From the IMG/VR virus record IMGVR_UViG_3300027749_000064: a stretch of DNA of 64,000 nucleotides; one strand, given 5' to 3'. The notes below the pieces were generated by a model, which did no database searches, was not told where the DNA came from, and was given only the letters and a program-made list of their open reading frames with translations. Below are positions 46,643-57,029 of this stretch, piece by piece; position 1 is the first letter of the stretch, and every line of letters starts with the position of its first letter. This stretch comes from an uncultured virus (IMG/VR IMGVR_UViG_3300027749_000064) (lineage: Duplodnaviria; Heunggongvirae; Uroviricota; Caudoviricetes). The position numbers and the translations under genes are program-made.

Positions 46643-47166
46643 CAACAGATTATTCAAGAGTTGCGGTATTTGATGTAAGAAATGCTATGTGGGCATCTCT
46701 TCAAAGTGCGGGAATTTTAAATAGCAATGACTATATTGCAGAAGGCTTTACAACACCATTAATTCCAATTATTCCATCTCAACAAGTTCCAGAATTTAAT
46801 AATTTATTACCAGGTAAAACATATATGACATACGATATAGTCCAAAAAAATTATGGCAGTCAATGGTGGATTTCAGAAGAAACCATGGTTATGCAAATAA
46901 TTTCAAGAAGTAATTCTCAAATTCTTACAATAATTAATTTTCTTACAGACCTAGTTAGAAGATATGAGCTTTCAGCAATTGATGTAAATTCTGCAGCTAG
47001 TTCTTCAGCAAGTCCATTTAAATTTCTTTATTTTAGGCTAGAATCAGCAAATCCCGTTCAACCTTTTATAGATGAAGGTGGATTTATGAGCGGGGACTTC
47101 GCATTTGTTTATACATATACCCGTCAAGTAGATGAAGGAATATCAAATACTGGTAAGTATATCTAA
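46639..47166 (+). CDS. Tail terminator (putative)
   Basis: Position before tail tube gene. Confidence 0.5.
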   Translation: MTTDYSRVAVFDVRNAMWASLQSAGILNSNDYIAEGFTTPLIPIIPSQQVPEFNNLLPGKTYMTYDIVQKNYGSQWWISEETMVMQIISRSNSQILTIINFLTDLVRRYELSAIDVNSAASSSASPFKFLYFRLESANPVQPFIDEGGFMSGDFAFVYTYTRQVDEGISNTGKYI

Positions 47167-47265
47167 ATTTGACTTATTAGGTTTTAATGATATGATTTTA
47201 CATGAGGAAGCAAGTTGTCATCTTCTTTTGTTTTAATAAAATAAATAAGGTGGTGAAATAAATAA

Positions 47266-48084
47266 ATGGCTACAAATACTAAAAACGTAATCGTTGGTGC
47301 CGCAGCACTCTTTACTAGCGTTGGAAACAGCTCTAATAATTCAGGTCGTCCATCAACAAACCAAGCAGCTCTTTCAGCTTTAATGCCAGCAAATACATCT
47401 GCTCGCACAGCACTTCTTAATTCAAACACAGGTGCTGGAATAGGATACCGTGAAGTTGGTTACACAACTACTGGTATTGAAATTTCATACGAACCATCAT
47501 ATGGTGAAGTAATGGTTGATCAACTTCTTGATGCAGCTCGTATTTTTAAGCAAACTCTTAAGGTAATGCTAAAAACAGAACTAACAGAAGCAACTCTTGA
47601 AAACATGCAGTTTTCATGGGGTCAAATGGATAGCGTATATGTTGCTAATGCTAATAACTCAGTTGTTAACGTTCCAACATTGCTTAATAATGATTCTGCT
47701 GTTAACAGCACACCAGATACTCCAGCAGCAACATTAAATATTGCAGCAGGTGCTTTAGGTGATGCTCCAGTAGAGCGTGTATTAATTGCAGTTGGACAAG
47801 CTCCAGCACAAATTGGTACATCAGCAGCATTTAATGATCCAGCAGCTACAGGTTCAACACCAGTAGTTTCAGTTGGAACAGGTGCAAATACTACTGTTGC
47901 TCGCAATAAAGAGCGTGTATATGTTGCACGTCGTGTTGTTTCAATTGATACAACAATGCATTCTTTGAAGCGTGATTCAGCAACTGTGTTCCCAGTGAAC
48001 TTCCGTTGTTTGCCTGATTCAGATGGATCTTATGCAGGTTCAGAATACGGTGTCGTTATTGACCGCGTATACGGAACATTCTAA
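47266..48084 (+). CDS. Major tail tube protein
   Basis: NVIVGAA, VGYT..GIE..Y.P, VDQ, T.L.EATLEN; terminator after. Confidence 0.85.
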   Translation: MATNTKNVIVGAAALFTSVGNSSNNSGRPSTNQAALSALMPANTSARTALLNSNTGAGIGYREVGYTTTGIEISYEPSYGEVMVDQLLDAARIFKQTLKVMLKTELTEATLENMQFSWGQMDSVYVANANNSVVNVPTLLNNDSAVNSTPDTPAATLNIAAGALGDAPVERVLIAVGQAPAQIGTSAAFNDPAATGSTPVVSVGTGANTTVARNKERVYVARRVVSIDTTMHSLKRDSATVFPVNFRCLPDSDGSYAGSEYGVVIDRVYGTF

Positions 48085-48102
48085 AAAAACTTAATATATA
48101 TT

Positions 48103-48141
48103 TCAGACCCCTGCCGAAAGGCGGGGGTTCTGAGTTTGTTT
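48103..48141 (+). terminator. Intrinsic terminator
   Basis: ACCCCTGCC-GAAA-GGCGGGGGT followed by T-rich tail. Confidence 0.85.
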
Positions 48142-48189
48142 ATACTAATATTCTTGGTATAATTTAATTAATAACAAAGGAGCAATAAA

Positions 48190-48525
48190 TTGGCAACAAC
48201 CGTATATGATGTAGTAGAAATTGAATTAAGTGATGGATCAACACTTACACTAAAGCCATTGCCTATAAAGCAATTAAGAAAATTTATGGATATTGTAAAT
48301 TCCATGTCAGTTGATGAAGGTAAAAGTGAATTAGATGCCATGGATCTTTTTGTAGATGCAGCAATAATTTGCTTGCAAGGACTTGGAAGACCAGACCTTT
48401 CAGATAAAGATAAATTTGAAGATGTAATAGAAGTTCCTACTATGATGAAAATTCTTGAAGTTGCTGGTGGTTTAAAGTTGACTGACCCAAACCTTCTGGG
48501 AGCGGCTCTAGTTGGGACGAACTAG
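48190..48525 (+). CDS. Tail assembly chaperone (gpG-like)
   Basis: Between tube and tape measure; AAGGAG SD, TTG start. Confidence 0.8.
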   Translation: MATTVYDVVEIELSDGSTLTLKPLPIKQLRKFMDIVNSMSVDEGKSELDAMDLFVDAAIICLQGLGRPDLSDKDKFEDVIEVPTMMKILEVAGGLKLTDPNLLGAALVGTN

Positions 48526-48797
48526 ACCTAAGCTCCTTGGAGTCTGAAGTTTTTCTTGCAGGTCATTGGAAGAATTTTGATGAGCTGGAAGAAAGTCTTT
48601 CTATCAATGAACTTAATGCTTTAGTAAAAGCTTTAAGAGAAAAAGAAGAAAGAAGTATGAAGTTTCATGCAGCAATTAATGGCGTTGATCTTGAAGAAAA
48701 AGAGCCAGAAGATGTTGCGGTACTTAAGAGTTCAAGTATAGCATCAAAAGAAGGTTTCGGTGTTGGCGAAGGACTCGGCTTTATGTCACAAGAATAA
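48486..48797 (+). CDS. Tail assembly chaperone -1 frameshift extension (gpT-like)
   Basis: Slippery C CCA AAC at 48486-48492; -1 frame opens right after TGA 48483-48485. Confidence 0.75.
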   Translation, partial: PKPSGSGSSWDELDLSSLESEVFLAGHWKNFDELEESLSINELNALVKALREKEERSMKFHAAINGVDLEEKEPEDVAVLKSSSIASKEGFGVGEGLGFMSQE

Positions 48798-48812
48798 TGG
48801 AGTAGATAATTA

Positions 48813-51800
48813 ATGGCAAAAATAGAATTAAATATAGTTGCCCTTGGTGATTTTTCCGCAGTCAATGCACAAATAAAAGCTCTTCAAGTACAAGTTGATT
48901 CACTTAATAAAGGCGTCGCTGGTGTTGGATTAGGATCAACACTAACTAAAGATTTAGCTAACGCACAAGCAGCATTTAAATCAACAATGCTATCAACTGG
49001 ACAGTTTACAATGCAAACTGTTAAAATGGCTTCTGAAACAGAAAAATTTGGAAGAGCGCTTACTTCAGGTAAATTAAAACTTTCAGAGTATTTTAATATA
49101 ATAACTGGAAAAGCAGGTCAAGCAACAGCATCAATGAATGCTCTTGCTGAATCACAAATAAGATTACAAAATTCTGTTGTTGTTAGAAACAAAAATGGAT
49201 TTTTAGATGTTTATACACCAACTGCATTTAATAAAGTTGCACAGGCTGAAGAACTTGTAGCAATGAAAGCTATGGTAATGCAAAAGGCTATTGATGGTGG
49301 ATCAATGGCACTTATTAATTTTGGTAAAAATACGCAATGGGCAGGACGACAGCTTACTGTTGGTTTAACAATGCCTATGGTTTTGTTTGGTGCAGCAGCA
49401 GTTAAATCTTTTAAAGAAACAAATATTGAATTAACAAGATTACAAAGACTTTATGGAGAAGGTTTAACACCACCATCTCAAACACAAATTAATCAAATTT
49501 CAAGTCAAGTCTTAAAACTTGGAACGACCATAGCACAAACAATGGGAATAGCTCAAACCGAAACAGTTAAAGCAGCAGCAAATTTTGCAGCTATGGGTCG
49601 GGAAGGACAAAATCTTATTGATACAACGGCACAAACAATGCGTCTATCAAAATTAGGAGCAGTAAGTACAGCAGATGCAACAAATACTGTTGTTGCTTTA
49701 CAAAATGTTTATAAGGTAAGTACAAATGATTTAGCAACTGCAGTTAACTTTTTATCAGATATACAGAAGCAAACAACAATGACTTTAAATGATATGACAC
49801 AAGCTATTCCACGTGTTGGTCCAATTATGCAACAACTCGGAGGAACATATAAAGATACTGCAGTTATGCTTGTTGCAATGCGTGAATCAGGTATTCCTGC
49901 TGCACAAGCTGCTAACGCAATAAAATCTGCAATGGCATCTATAATTGCTCCAACTTCAGCAGCTACTAGAGAATTTGCTAAATTTGGAATTAATTTAGAT
50001 TCTATAAAAAATGCTGGTGGACCAGTACAAATGATAGAACAATTACAAGCAGGACTTTCAAAATTATCTCCACTTGTTAGAGAACAACTTATTGAAAAAT
50101 TATTTGGTAAATTTCAATTTGCTCGTGTATCAGCACTTATTGAAAACTTTGGTAAAGCGGGAAGTCAAACAGTAAATGCTCTTAAAATTGCAGGAGCAAC
50201 ATCAAATCAATTAGCAGTACTTGCAAATCAAGAAATGAAACAAGCAACAGAATCTACAACAGCTAAATGGCAAAGATCGTTAGAAGGATTTAAAGCAACA
50301 TTATATCCAATTGGACAAAAATTTCTTGAAATGGGAACAATAATTTTAAATGTTGCAAATAAAATTGGACATGCATTTAGTAGCTTACCATCACCATTAA
50401 AAGGATTTTTTGGATTTTTAGCAATAGGAGCAGCATTAGCGGGACCTCTTATTATGTTAACTGGATTATTATCAAATTTTGCGGGGTATTTGTTAAAAGC
50501 TGGAGGATTTATATTAAAACTAGCTAATGGTGGAATGTCACTAAAAGAATTACTTACTCCCGAAATTATTGCATCTCAAAAAGCAGCAGAACTATTTTCA
50601 AATCAAATAGTTAATGATGTAGATGCTGTTGATCTATTAAATCAAGCAATTGAAAGACTTACAATATCATTATCTGAAATGTCTGGTGCTATGGTTACGG
50701 GTACAGGTGATGTAGCTACTAAAGTTGCAGCAGCAAATGCTTTAAATATAAAACCTGGAAAAGAAATGTATGGAGCTATGTCTGGAGCAGAATACCGATA
50801 TCTATCTTCAATGGGACTTGCAGGAACAAATACTCTTTATAAATCAGGAACTTCAATAGGGCAAAAACCAAAATTTTTAAATGTTCCTGAAAATGAAGCT
50901 ATCTATGCTAAACCAACTACAGGAATTTTTGCTAAAACTGATACGGGAGTAAGCAATACAGCATTAACTGGAGCTGGAGTAGAGCCAAGAGCATATTTAG
51001 CAGCAGCAGCAGGAGCAACAGGAGCAGATGTTTTAAGTAAAGAGTATGCAACAAAATATAAAACTAGCACAAGTTTATTTTTAGATGCATTAACAAAACA
51101 AACAGTAACCTTAGAAAATGGAACAAAAGTACAATTATTAAATGATGAAAAAGCAAATATGCTTAAAGCACAACTTAATAAAGAGCTTGAAACACAAGTA
51201 CTTGGTTTGGAAAAAATTAATGACATAAATAATCCTTTGGCAGCAGTTGAAAAACAAATTCTTGCAAAACTAGAAGAAGAAGGAATGTTAATAGGATTAA
51301 GTATAGAACAAACTAGAGAATTAATTAATCAAATAAGATTTGGAATGAGTAATGTTCACGATATTAACGCAGCAGGGGGAGCTGGTGCTTGGCTTGGAGG
51401 AGGAAATACTGGACTTTCTAGGTTTAAATTAGATTTTACAGGTTTAAAAAGTCAAAATATAGAATTTTGGCATGCATTTAATGCTGAAGCAAAAGCAGCC
51501 TGGGAAGCAGTTCTTGTTGATATGCGTGGTGCGGGTGCACAGATTATAGAATATCAAGGTGAATTAGGAAAAGATGCAGCACTAAAATTTACAGAATCTG
51601 AAATTGAAATGTTAAGAAAATTAAATCCAGAACTATTATCACAATCTGTAATATTAGAAGAAGAAGTTGGAAAAGCAAGAGCTGATATGGCTGCTGCATC
51701 AGGAAAACTAGTTGCTAAAATATTTTCAGAATCTGAAATTGCAACATTAAAACAGGTATATCCAAGTATATTGACGGCTACAGTATTAAATGAAGAAGAA

Positions 51801-54800
51801 ATTGCAAATGCTAAAATAGCTATACAAGAATCTACGTTAGCAAAAGAAAAAATAATTGCTGAAGAAGAAATTGCAGTACGTAGTGGGATGCTTGGTCGTT
51901 TGGGTGGTCGTTTAGGTGTAGGCACTGGAAAACCAAGCGGCATGGGCGCTATGGGCATTGCAATGGCTGGCATGATGATTGGTATGCCAATGTCTAGTAG
52001 TAAAAATCAAGCAGTAAGTACGGCGGGATCAGGAATTATGATGGGTGCTAATGCCGCAATGATAGCTTCATTTTTGCCTATAGCACCAGAATTAATAATT
52101 CCAATAGCGTTAGCTGTTGGAGGACTTACTGTAGCTTATAAAGCTCTTTCTAAAGTTATGGCTGATCAAAAAGCACATAATGATGCCATAGAAGCATCAT
52201 TTAAATCATCATCAAGTGTTATATCAGCATACGGCGGAACAATGATTACTGCAAAACAAGCAGTATATAACTTTATTGATGCTAACAAAGAATCAAAAGA
52301 TGTATTAAGTAAAACAGCACAAGATGTTGCTGAAATTAAAAAATTAGGAACATCTGATCCATTAAAACAAGTTGGAGAATTATTAAAAGGCGGGACTACG
52401 GCAAGTGGAGTTATAGGAACATTAAATCAATTTGCTGCAGCACAAGTAGCAAATGGTATGGATCCAAAAGCTGTATCTCAAATGGTTACAGATTTATTAA
52501 CATATTCTGGACAAACAAAATATCTTAATCAAGCATTAAAAGAAATTACAAATAATACAAAAGACATGTCTACTGCTACTGCAACAATGATTAATAAATT
52601 AAAAAATAATGGAGATGCAAATCTTATTACTGCAACAACTTATAAAGATTTGTCTAAAGCACAAAAAGCATTTGCTGATGGATTGCTTACAACAACAAAT
52701 ATAATATCTGATCAAGCCACTCCATTTCAAGTTGCAGCAGATAAAATTAAAGCTTTGCGAGATACTTCAGATAATAGTATAGGTTCTGTAAACGCCCTAG
52801 CTTTAGCATTAAAAAATGCGGGGGCATCTGCAGAAACTCTTACTGCAATGGCTAATTTAGCTAAAATAGGTGTTACTAATTTAGGTGAAATTTCAACAAT
52901 ATTAATGCTTAATGCCGCAGGAATTAAAGTTAATACAACAGATGCTACAAAAACTACTAAAGATGTTACAAATGGTATTGTAGAATATGTTAAACAAAAA
53001 CAAAAAGCATTAATAGCAGCTGATAAAGATGCTTTAAAAATTGAAGAAAATAAAGTTGTTGCAGCTAAAAAAGCTGCAGAAACTGCTGCAAAAACTGCTA
53101 CAACTAAACAATTAAAAAATGAACAAGCGGCTTTAGGAATAGAAGGCGCAAAACAATATGAAACAGATCAAAAACAAGTAAAAGTATTAGAAGCACAATT
53201 AGCAACATTAAAATTACAAACTTCAGAATTACAAAAACAACAACAATATCAACTAAATCAACAAGATTTAGAAAATCAAGCAAAACAAGCAGAAATGTCA
53301 GGAAATTATTTACAAGCAGCAATGCTTAATCAACAAAAAGCTTATAATACTTCACAATATAATCAAAATAATTCACAAGATGAATTACAAAAAGAATTAG
53401 ATAATTTAAAACAAAGTCTTGCAGATCGTGCATTATTAATTCAAAATGAAACAGATAGTACATCTTCATCTACTGTTGATACATCAGGTGTGATTCTAGC
53501 TAAGCAAAAACTTAAGGATGATAAATTAATTGGAACACAATTAGCTTCTGAAATGACTACGTTATTGGCTGACTCTGGTTTAACTGGATTTAAAGCAATG
53601 GTTGATGGTAAAGGTAATTATATAATTACAACTACAGGTAACGTAAATGTAAATGGAACATCAGAAAGAACATTGGGAAGTGCTTCTAATCCAATTTCGC
53701 TTTCAGGAAATATAGCCAACGATGAAAAAGTAGGTCGCAGTCCTTCTTCTGATTTGACACAATGGAATAGTCCATTAGGTAACACTAGATCAGTAGTTCA
53801 TCAATATGCAAATGATAATAAAATAACTAAAAATCAATATTTTTCAATAGATCAGTATAATGTGCATTATGTTTTTTATGAAGATGCAGATGGAAATATA
53901 ACAATGATTTCTGCTGATGGAGCCTATAATGGGCCAAATACAATACTTAGATTACCAAAAAATGCTAATGTTACAAAGGCCAAAGCTGTAAAAAAAGCAA
54001 CAGGTGGACATATATCTGGACCAGGAACGGGGACTTCAGATTCAATTCCCGCATATCTTTCAAATGGCGAATATGTAATTAAAGCAGATGCTGTATCTCA
54101 TTATGGACCAAGTTTTTTTGATTCTGTAAATGCAAAGAAATTTGCAAATGGTGGAGAAGTAACTAAAAATGGATGGCTTCAAAAATGGGCTAAGAGTTTA
54201 ACTGGAATGCCTGCTGCAGAAATGTTTGGCACAGCATCAATATTAAGAAAGTTTGCGGGTCTTGGCAAACCTGGAGATAATCTAGCCACAGCTTTATTCC
54301 CGCTTAATTTTATGGGTATGGGCGGAGGAAAAAGTTTATTCCTTGGTATGCCTCGTGGCGTGAAAGATTTAGAAGAAGCACTTAAAGCTGAAAAAATAAT
54401 GCAAGATATACACGCTTCTATTCAAGCAAGCAATTTTAAAAGCCTACCAATTACAAAACTAGGCGAACAGTTAGAGGCAACAGTTGGAAAAAGTTTTCCA
54501 GTAAGCGGTATTGGTGGGTTGTATAAAGGCGCTAATGGAACAAAAGAATTTGTCAAGCCAGTAACAGATGCGTTATCTGGTCTATCTGAAATTAGATCTA
54601 ATCAGATTGCAAGAGATGTACAAGGCTTAGATACACCAATTCAAGAATTAATAAAAATCATGGACCCTTCAGATCCTAAAGGAAAGAGAACACTGTTAGC
54701 ATTAAGATCTGCTTTTAACCCAGAATTTGCAAATCCAACTGGGAAGTTTACAAAAGATCAGTATTTTAGACAGTTAGTTTCTTCTTTATTAAGAGGAGAT

Positions 54801-56468
54801 AAAGACTTACAAATAGCAAATTTATCAGGCAATAACCTTGTTGATGCTGGAACTTCAGGGGTATTTAACCTAGCTTCTGGAATAAGAACGTTATCTAAAT
54901 CAATGCCGTCAATGCAAGAGCAAGCTACTATAAATTTATTAGGTGTTAAAGGTGGAGCAAAAAGATTCTTTGCTGAATCTACAGCATCAATTGCAAAATC
55001 AATGACTCCAAAAGAATATCATGATGCAATTGTGGCAGAAATTAAAAGAGAAATTCCTTTATTAGAAAAAACAATAGCTTCATTTAAACTTACAGATCCA
55101 GATGAAATTGAAGCATATGCTAATATGTTGGAAAGATTAAAGGCGGGAGCAAAACCAGGAGTAGATTGGTCATCATTCCAAACAATGGCAGCAAGCGTAG
55201 TTCCAGCTCCACCAAAAACACCAACAGCAGCAGCACTTGCTAAAAAAGCTGAAGAACTAACATTAAAGAAAAGACAATCTGGACATGCCGTAGGTTTTTC
55301 TGATATTATGTTTAAAGATCAACTTGGCGGGTATGCAAATGGTGGAGCAGTAAATTCAATGTCAAAAAATGGTTGGTTACAAAAATACTCTAAATCACTT
55401 GATAAATCTGGTCCAGATATTATGGGAACTCATGCATTAATAAGATTATTAGCAGGTTTAAGTAATGGTAAATCAGATTTTCTTTCTGCCGCTTTAATTC
55501 CATTAAATTTTACGGGTATAGGTAGAGGACTAAAAGGTGCAAAAATTGGTGCAGAAGTTGCTGCAGAAATTGGTGCAAAAATTGGTGCAGAAGTTGATGC
55601 ATCTAAATTATCTAAGTATTTCTTACATGCTAGTTCCGATGGAGACATAACGGGCATAGATACAATTATGTCTACTATGACTTATAAAGGTGATAGAACT
55701 ATAGCAGGTTGGTCACGATTAGCACATGATCCACTTGGAGATGGCTCAAAATTATTCTCTATGGGAAATCTATATGACAATATGGGAACCAGAGATCTTC
55801 TAGCATTATCATTGATGCAAGCAGCAAAAGAATCTGGATTTACAAAAACTGGAATAAATCTTGCTGCTTCACCTGATAGATCAATTTTTAGTCAAGCAAT
55901 GGTTTCATCATTAAAAAAGAGAGGACTTGGAAATGTAATTGGTTTACCAGAACTAGAAGCACAATCTGTAGGTAATACAGCAATTGAAGCTCAATCTTGG
56001 TTCTTTAAAGAATTAAGTAGTATGAATAGAAATAATTCTTTATTAAGTGATGCATCTCCTATTTCAAATGTATCTTTAGATGCAGCCAGAAAAGCATTAC
56101 ATCAAATTTTTATGAAAGAGTACAATCAAAAAGAATTTGCTTCTTTACTAAAAACTTATGTAAAGGGACACGCTTTAGGAGGACAAGTTAAATTGCCTTC
56201 ATTTGCCGTTGGAACAAATTTTGTTCCAAATGATATGATTGCTCAAATACATAAAGGTGAAAGAATTATACCTGCATCTCAAAATAATGGTACAATGGAT
56301 GGATCAACATATAATATTTCTGTATTAGTTAATAATAAAGATGCAAATGAGATAGCAAATGTTATAATGGATAAGATAAAAAGCGTTAACGCTGGAGCAC
56401 CAAGCATTGCAAAAGCAACAACAAATGGCAAGCCCGTACTAGTTAGTAATGCACCACAGTATAATTGA
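48813..56468 (+). CDS. Tape measure protein with C-terminal cargo modules
   Basis: 2551 aa, Ala-rich helical; TP901-like core; GPGTGTSDSIPAYLSNGEYV and VP.DM.AQIHKGERIIPA motifs. Confidence 0.92.
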   Translation: MAKIELNIVALGDFSAVNAQIKALQVQVDSLNKGVAGVGLGSTLTKDLANAQAAFKSTMLSTGQFTMQTVKMASETEKFGRALTSGKLKLSEYFNIITGKAGQATASMNALAESQIRLQNSVVVRNKNGFLDVYTPTAFNKVAQAEELVAMKAMVMQKAIDGGSMALINFGKNTQWAGRQLTVGLTMPMVLFGAAAVKSFKETNIELTRLQRLYGEGLTPPSQTQINQISSQVLKLGTTIAQTMGIAQTETVKAAANFAAMGREGQNLIDTTAQTMRLSKLGAVSTADATNTVVALQNVYKVSTNDLATAVNFLSDIQKQTTMTLNDMTQAIPRVGPIMQQLGGTYKDTAVMLVAMRESGIPAAQAANAIKSAMASIIAPTSAATREFAKFGINLDSIKNAGGPVQMIEQLQAGLSKLSPLVREQLIEKLFGKFQFARVSALIENFGKAGSQTVNALKIAGATSNQLAVLANQEMKQATESTTAKWQRSLEGFKATLYPIGQKFLEMGTIILNVANKIGHAFSSLPSPLKGFFGFLAIGAALAGPLIMLTGLLSNFAGYLLKAGGFILKLANGGMSLKELLTPEIIASQKAAELFSNQIVNDVDAVDLLNQAIERLTISLSEMSGAMVTGTGDVATKVAAANALNIKPGKEMYGAMSGAEYRYLSSMGLAGTNTLYKSGTSIGQKPKFLNVPENEAIYAKPTTGIFAKTDTGVSNTALTGAGVEPRAYLAAAAGATGADVLSKEYATKYKTSTSLFLDALTKQTVTLENGTKVQLLNDEKANMLKAQLNKELETQVLGLEKINDINNPLAAVEKQILAKLEEEGMLIGLSIEQTRELINQIRFGMSNVHDINAAGGAGAWLGGGNTGLSRFKLDFTGLKSQNIEFWHAFNAEAKAAWEAVLVDMRGAGAQIIEYQGELGKDAALKFTESEIEMLRKLNPELLSQSVILEEEVGKARADMAAASGKLVAKIFSESEIATLKQVYPSILTATVLNEEEIANAKIAIQESTLAKEKIIAEEEIAVRSGMLGRLGGRLGVGTGKPSGMGAMGIAMAGMMIGMPMSSSKNQAVSTAGSGIMMGANAAMIASFLPIAPELIIPIALAVGGLTVAYKALSKVMADQKAHNDAIEASFKSSSSVISAYGGTMITAKQAVYNFIDANKESKDVLSKTAQDVAEIKKLGTSDPLKQVGELLKGGTTASGVIGTLNQFAAAQVANGMDPKAVSQMVTDLLTYSGQTKYLNQALKEITNNTKDMSTATATMINKLKNNGDANLITATTYKDLSKAQKAFADGLLTTTNIISDQATPFQVAADKIKALRDTSDNSIGSVNALALALKNAGASAETLTAMANLAKIGVTNLGEISTILMLNAAGIKVNTTDATKTTKDVTNGIVEYVKQKQKALIAADKDALKIEENKVVAAKKAAETAAKTATTKQLKNEQAALGIEGAKQYETDQKQVKVLEAQLATLKLQTSELQKQQQYQLNQQDLENQAKQAEMSGNYLQAAMLNQQKAYNTSQYNQNNSQDELQKELDNLKQSLADRALLIQNETDSTSSSTVDTSGVILAKQKLKDDKLIGTQLASEMTTLLADSGLTGFKAMVDGKGNYIITTTGNVNVNGTSERTLGSASNPISLSGNIANDEKVGRSPSSDLTQWNSPLGNTRSVVHQYANDNKITKNQYFSIDQYNVHYVFYEDADGNITMISADGAYNGPNTILRLPKNANVTKAKAVKKATGGHISGPGTGTSDSIPAYLSNGEYVIKADAVSHYGPSFFDSVNAKKFANGGEVTKNGWLQKWAKSLTGMPAAEMFGTASILRKFAGLGKPGDNLATALFPLNFMGMGGGKSLFLGMPRGVKDLEEALKAEKIMQDIHASIQASNFKSLPITKLGEQLEATVGKSFPVSGIGGLYKGANGTKEFVKPVTDALSGLSEIRSNQIARDVQGLDTPIQELIKIMDPSDPKGKRTLLALRSAFNPEFANPTGKFTKDQYFRQLVSSLLRGDKDLQIANLSGNNLVDAGTSGVFNLASGIRTLSKSMPSMQEQATINLLGVKGGAKRFFAESTASIAKSMTPKEYHDAIVAEIKREIPLLEKTIASFKLTDPDEIEAYANMLERLKAGAKPGVDWSSFQTMAASVVPAPPKTPTAAALAKKAEELTLKKRQSGHAVGFSDIMFKDQLGGYANGGAVNSMSKNGWLQKYSKSLDKSGPDIMGTHALIRLLAGLSNGKSDFLSAALIPLNFTGIGRGLKGAKIGAEVAAEIGAKIGAEVDASKLSKYFLHASSDGDITGIDTIMSTMTYKGDRTIAGWSRLAHDPLGDGSKLFSMGNLYDNMGTRDLLALSLMQAAKESGFTKTGINLAASPDRSIFSQAMVSSLKKRGLGNVIGLPELEAQSVGNTAIEAQSWFFKELSSMNRNNSLLSDASPISNVSLDAARKALHQIFMKEYNQKEFASLLKTYVKGHALGGQVKLPSFAVGTNFVPNDMIAQIHKGERIIPASQNNGTMDGSTYNISVLVNNKDANEIANVIMDKIKSVNAGAPSIAKATTNGKPVLVSNAPQYN

Positions 56469-56489
56469 TAAACAATGAGGAGGTAAAAA

Positions 56490-57029
56490 ATGACATATGC
56501 AATTCCACAAGGAGTACAAGTATCTTTAGGATTAGATATTAATGGAAGTGCTACAATTGTTCCAGCAAATATGGTTTGGTATAAATTATCTGATCATAAT
56601 CGTCAACCAATAAATGTTACTTATCACCTTATTGAAGCAACAGATAGAATGGCAAACGGAACTTTAAGAAAATTTATTATTGCTCGTAAATTTGTTATTA
56701 AGATAGATTGGCAAAATTTTCCAACTTTAGACAGCAATCTAGTTGATTATAATGGCGGTAATTCATACGGAGCAGCTTGGTTTAAAGCGTTTTATGAAGG
56801 AAATGCATTTAATCCAATTTATGTAAAGTTGATATATGCCCTTGATACAGCACAATCAAACTCAATACCAGTATCAGGAAGTTATGTAGATTCTAAAAAT
56901 TCAACAGGGCAAGTATATAATGCTTATATGACTACTTTTACATATGATGTAATGAAAAGAATGGTTGCAACATCTGGTACAACAGGATATGATTATGTAA
57001 ACTTATCAGTAGAGTTTACGGAGATTTAA
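56490..57029 (+). CDS. Distal tail protein (putative)
   Basis: Follows tape measure; RMANGTLR motif. Confidence 0.6.
   Translation: MTYAIPQGVQVSLGLDINGSATIVPANMVWYKLSDHNRQPINVTYHLIEATDRMANGTLRKFIIARKFVIKIDWQNFPTLDSNLVDYNGGNSYGAAWFKAFYEGNAFNPIYVKLIYALDTAQSNSIPVSGSYVDSKNSTGQVYNAYMTTFTYDVMKRMVATSGTTGYDYVNLSVEFTEI

Noticed and set aside
55538..55601. Short tandem repeat (AKIGAEVAAEIGAKIGAEV) in the tape measure
   Set aside because: In-frame low-complexity linker duplication with no sign of separate function
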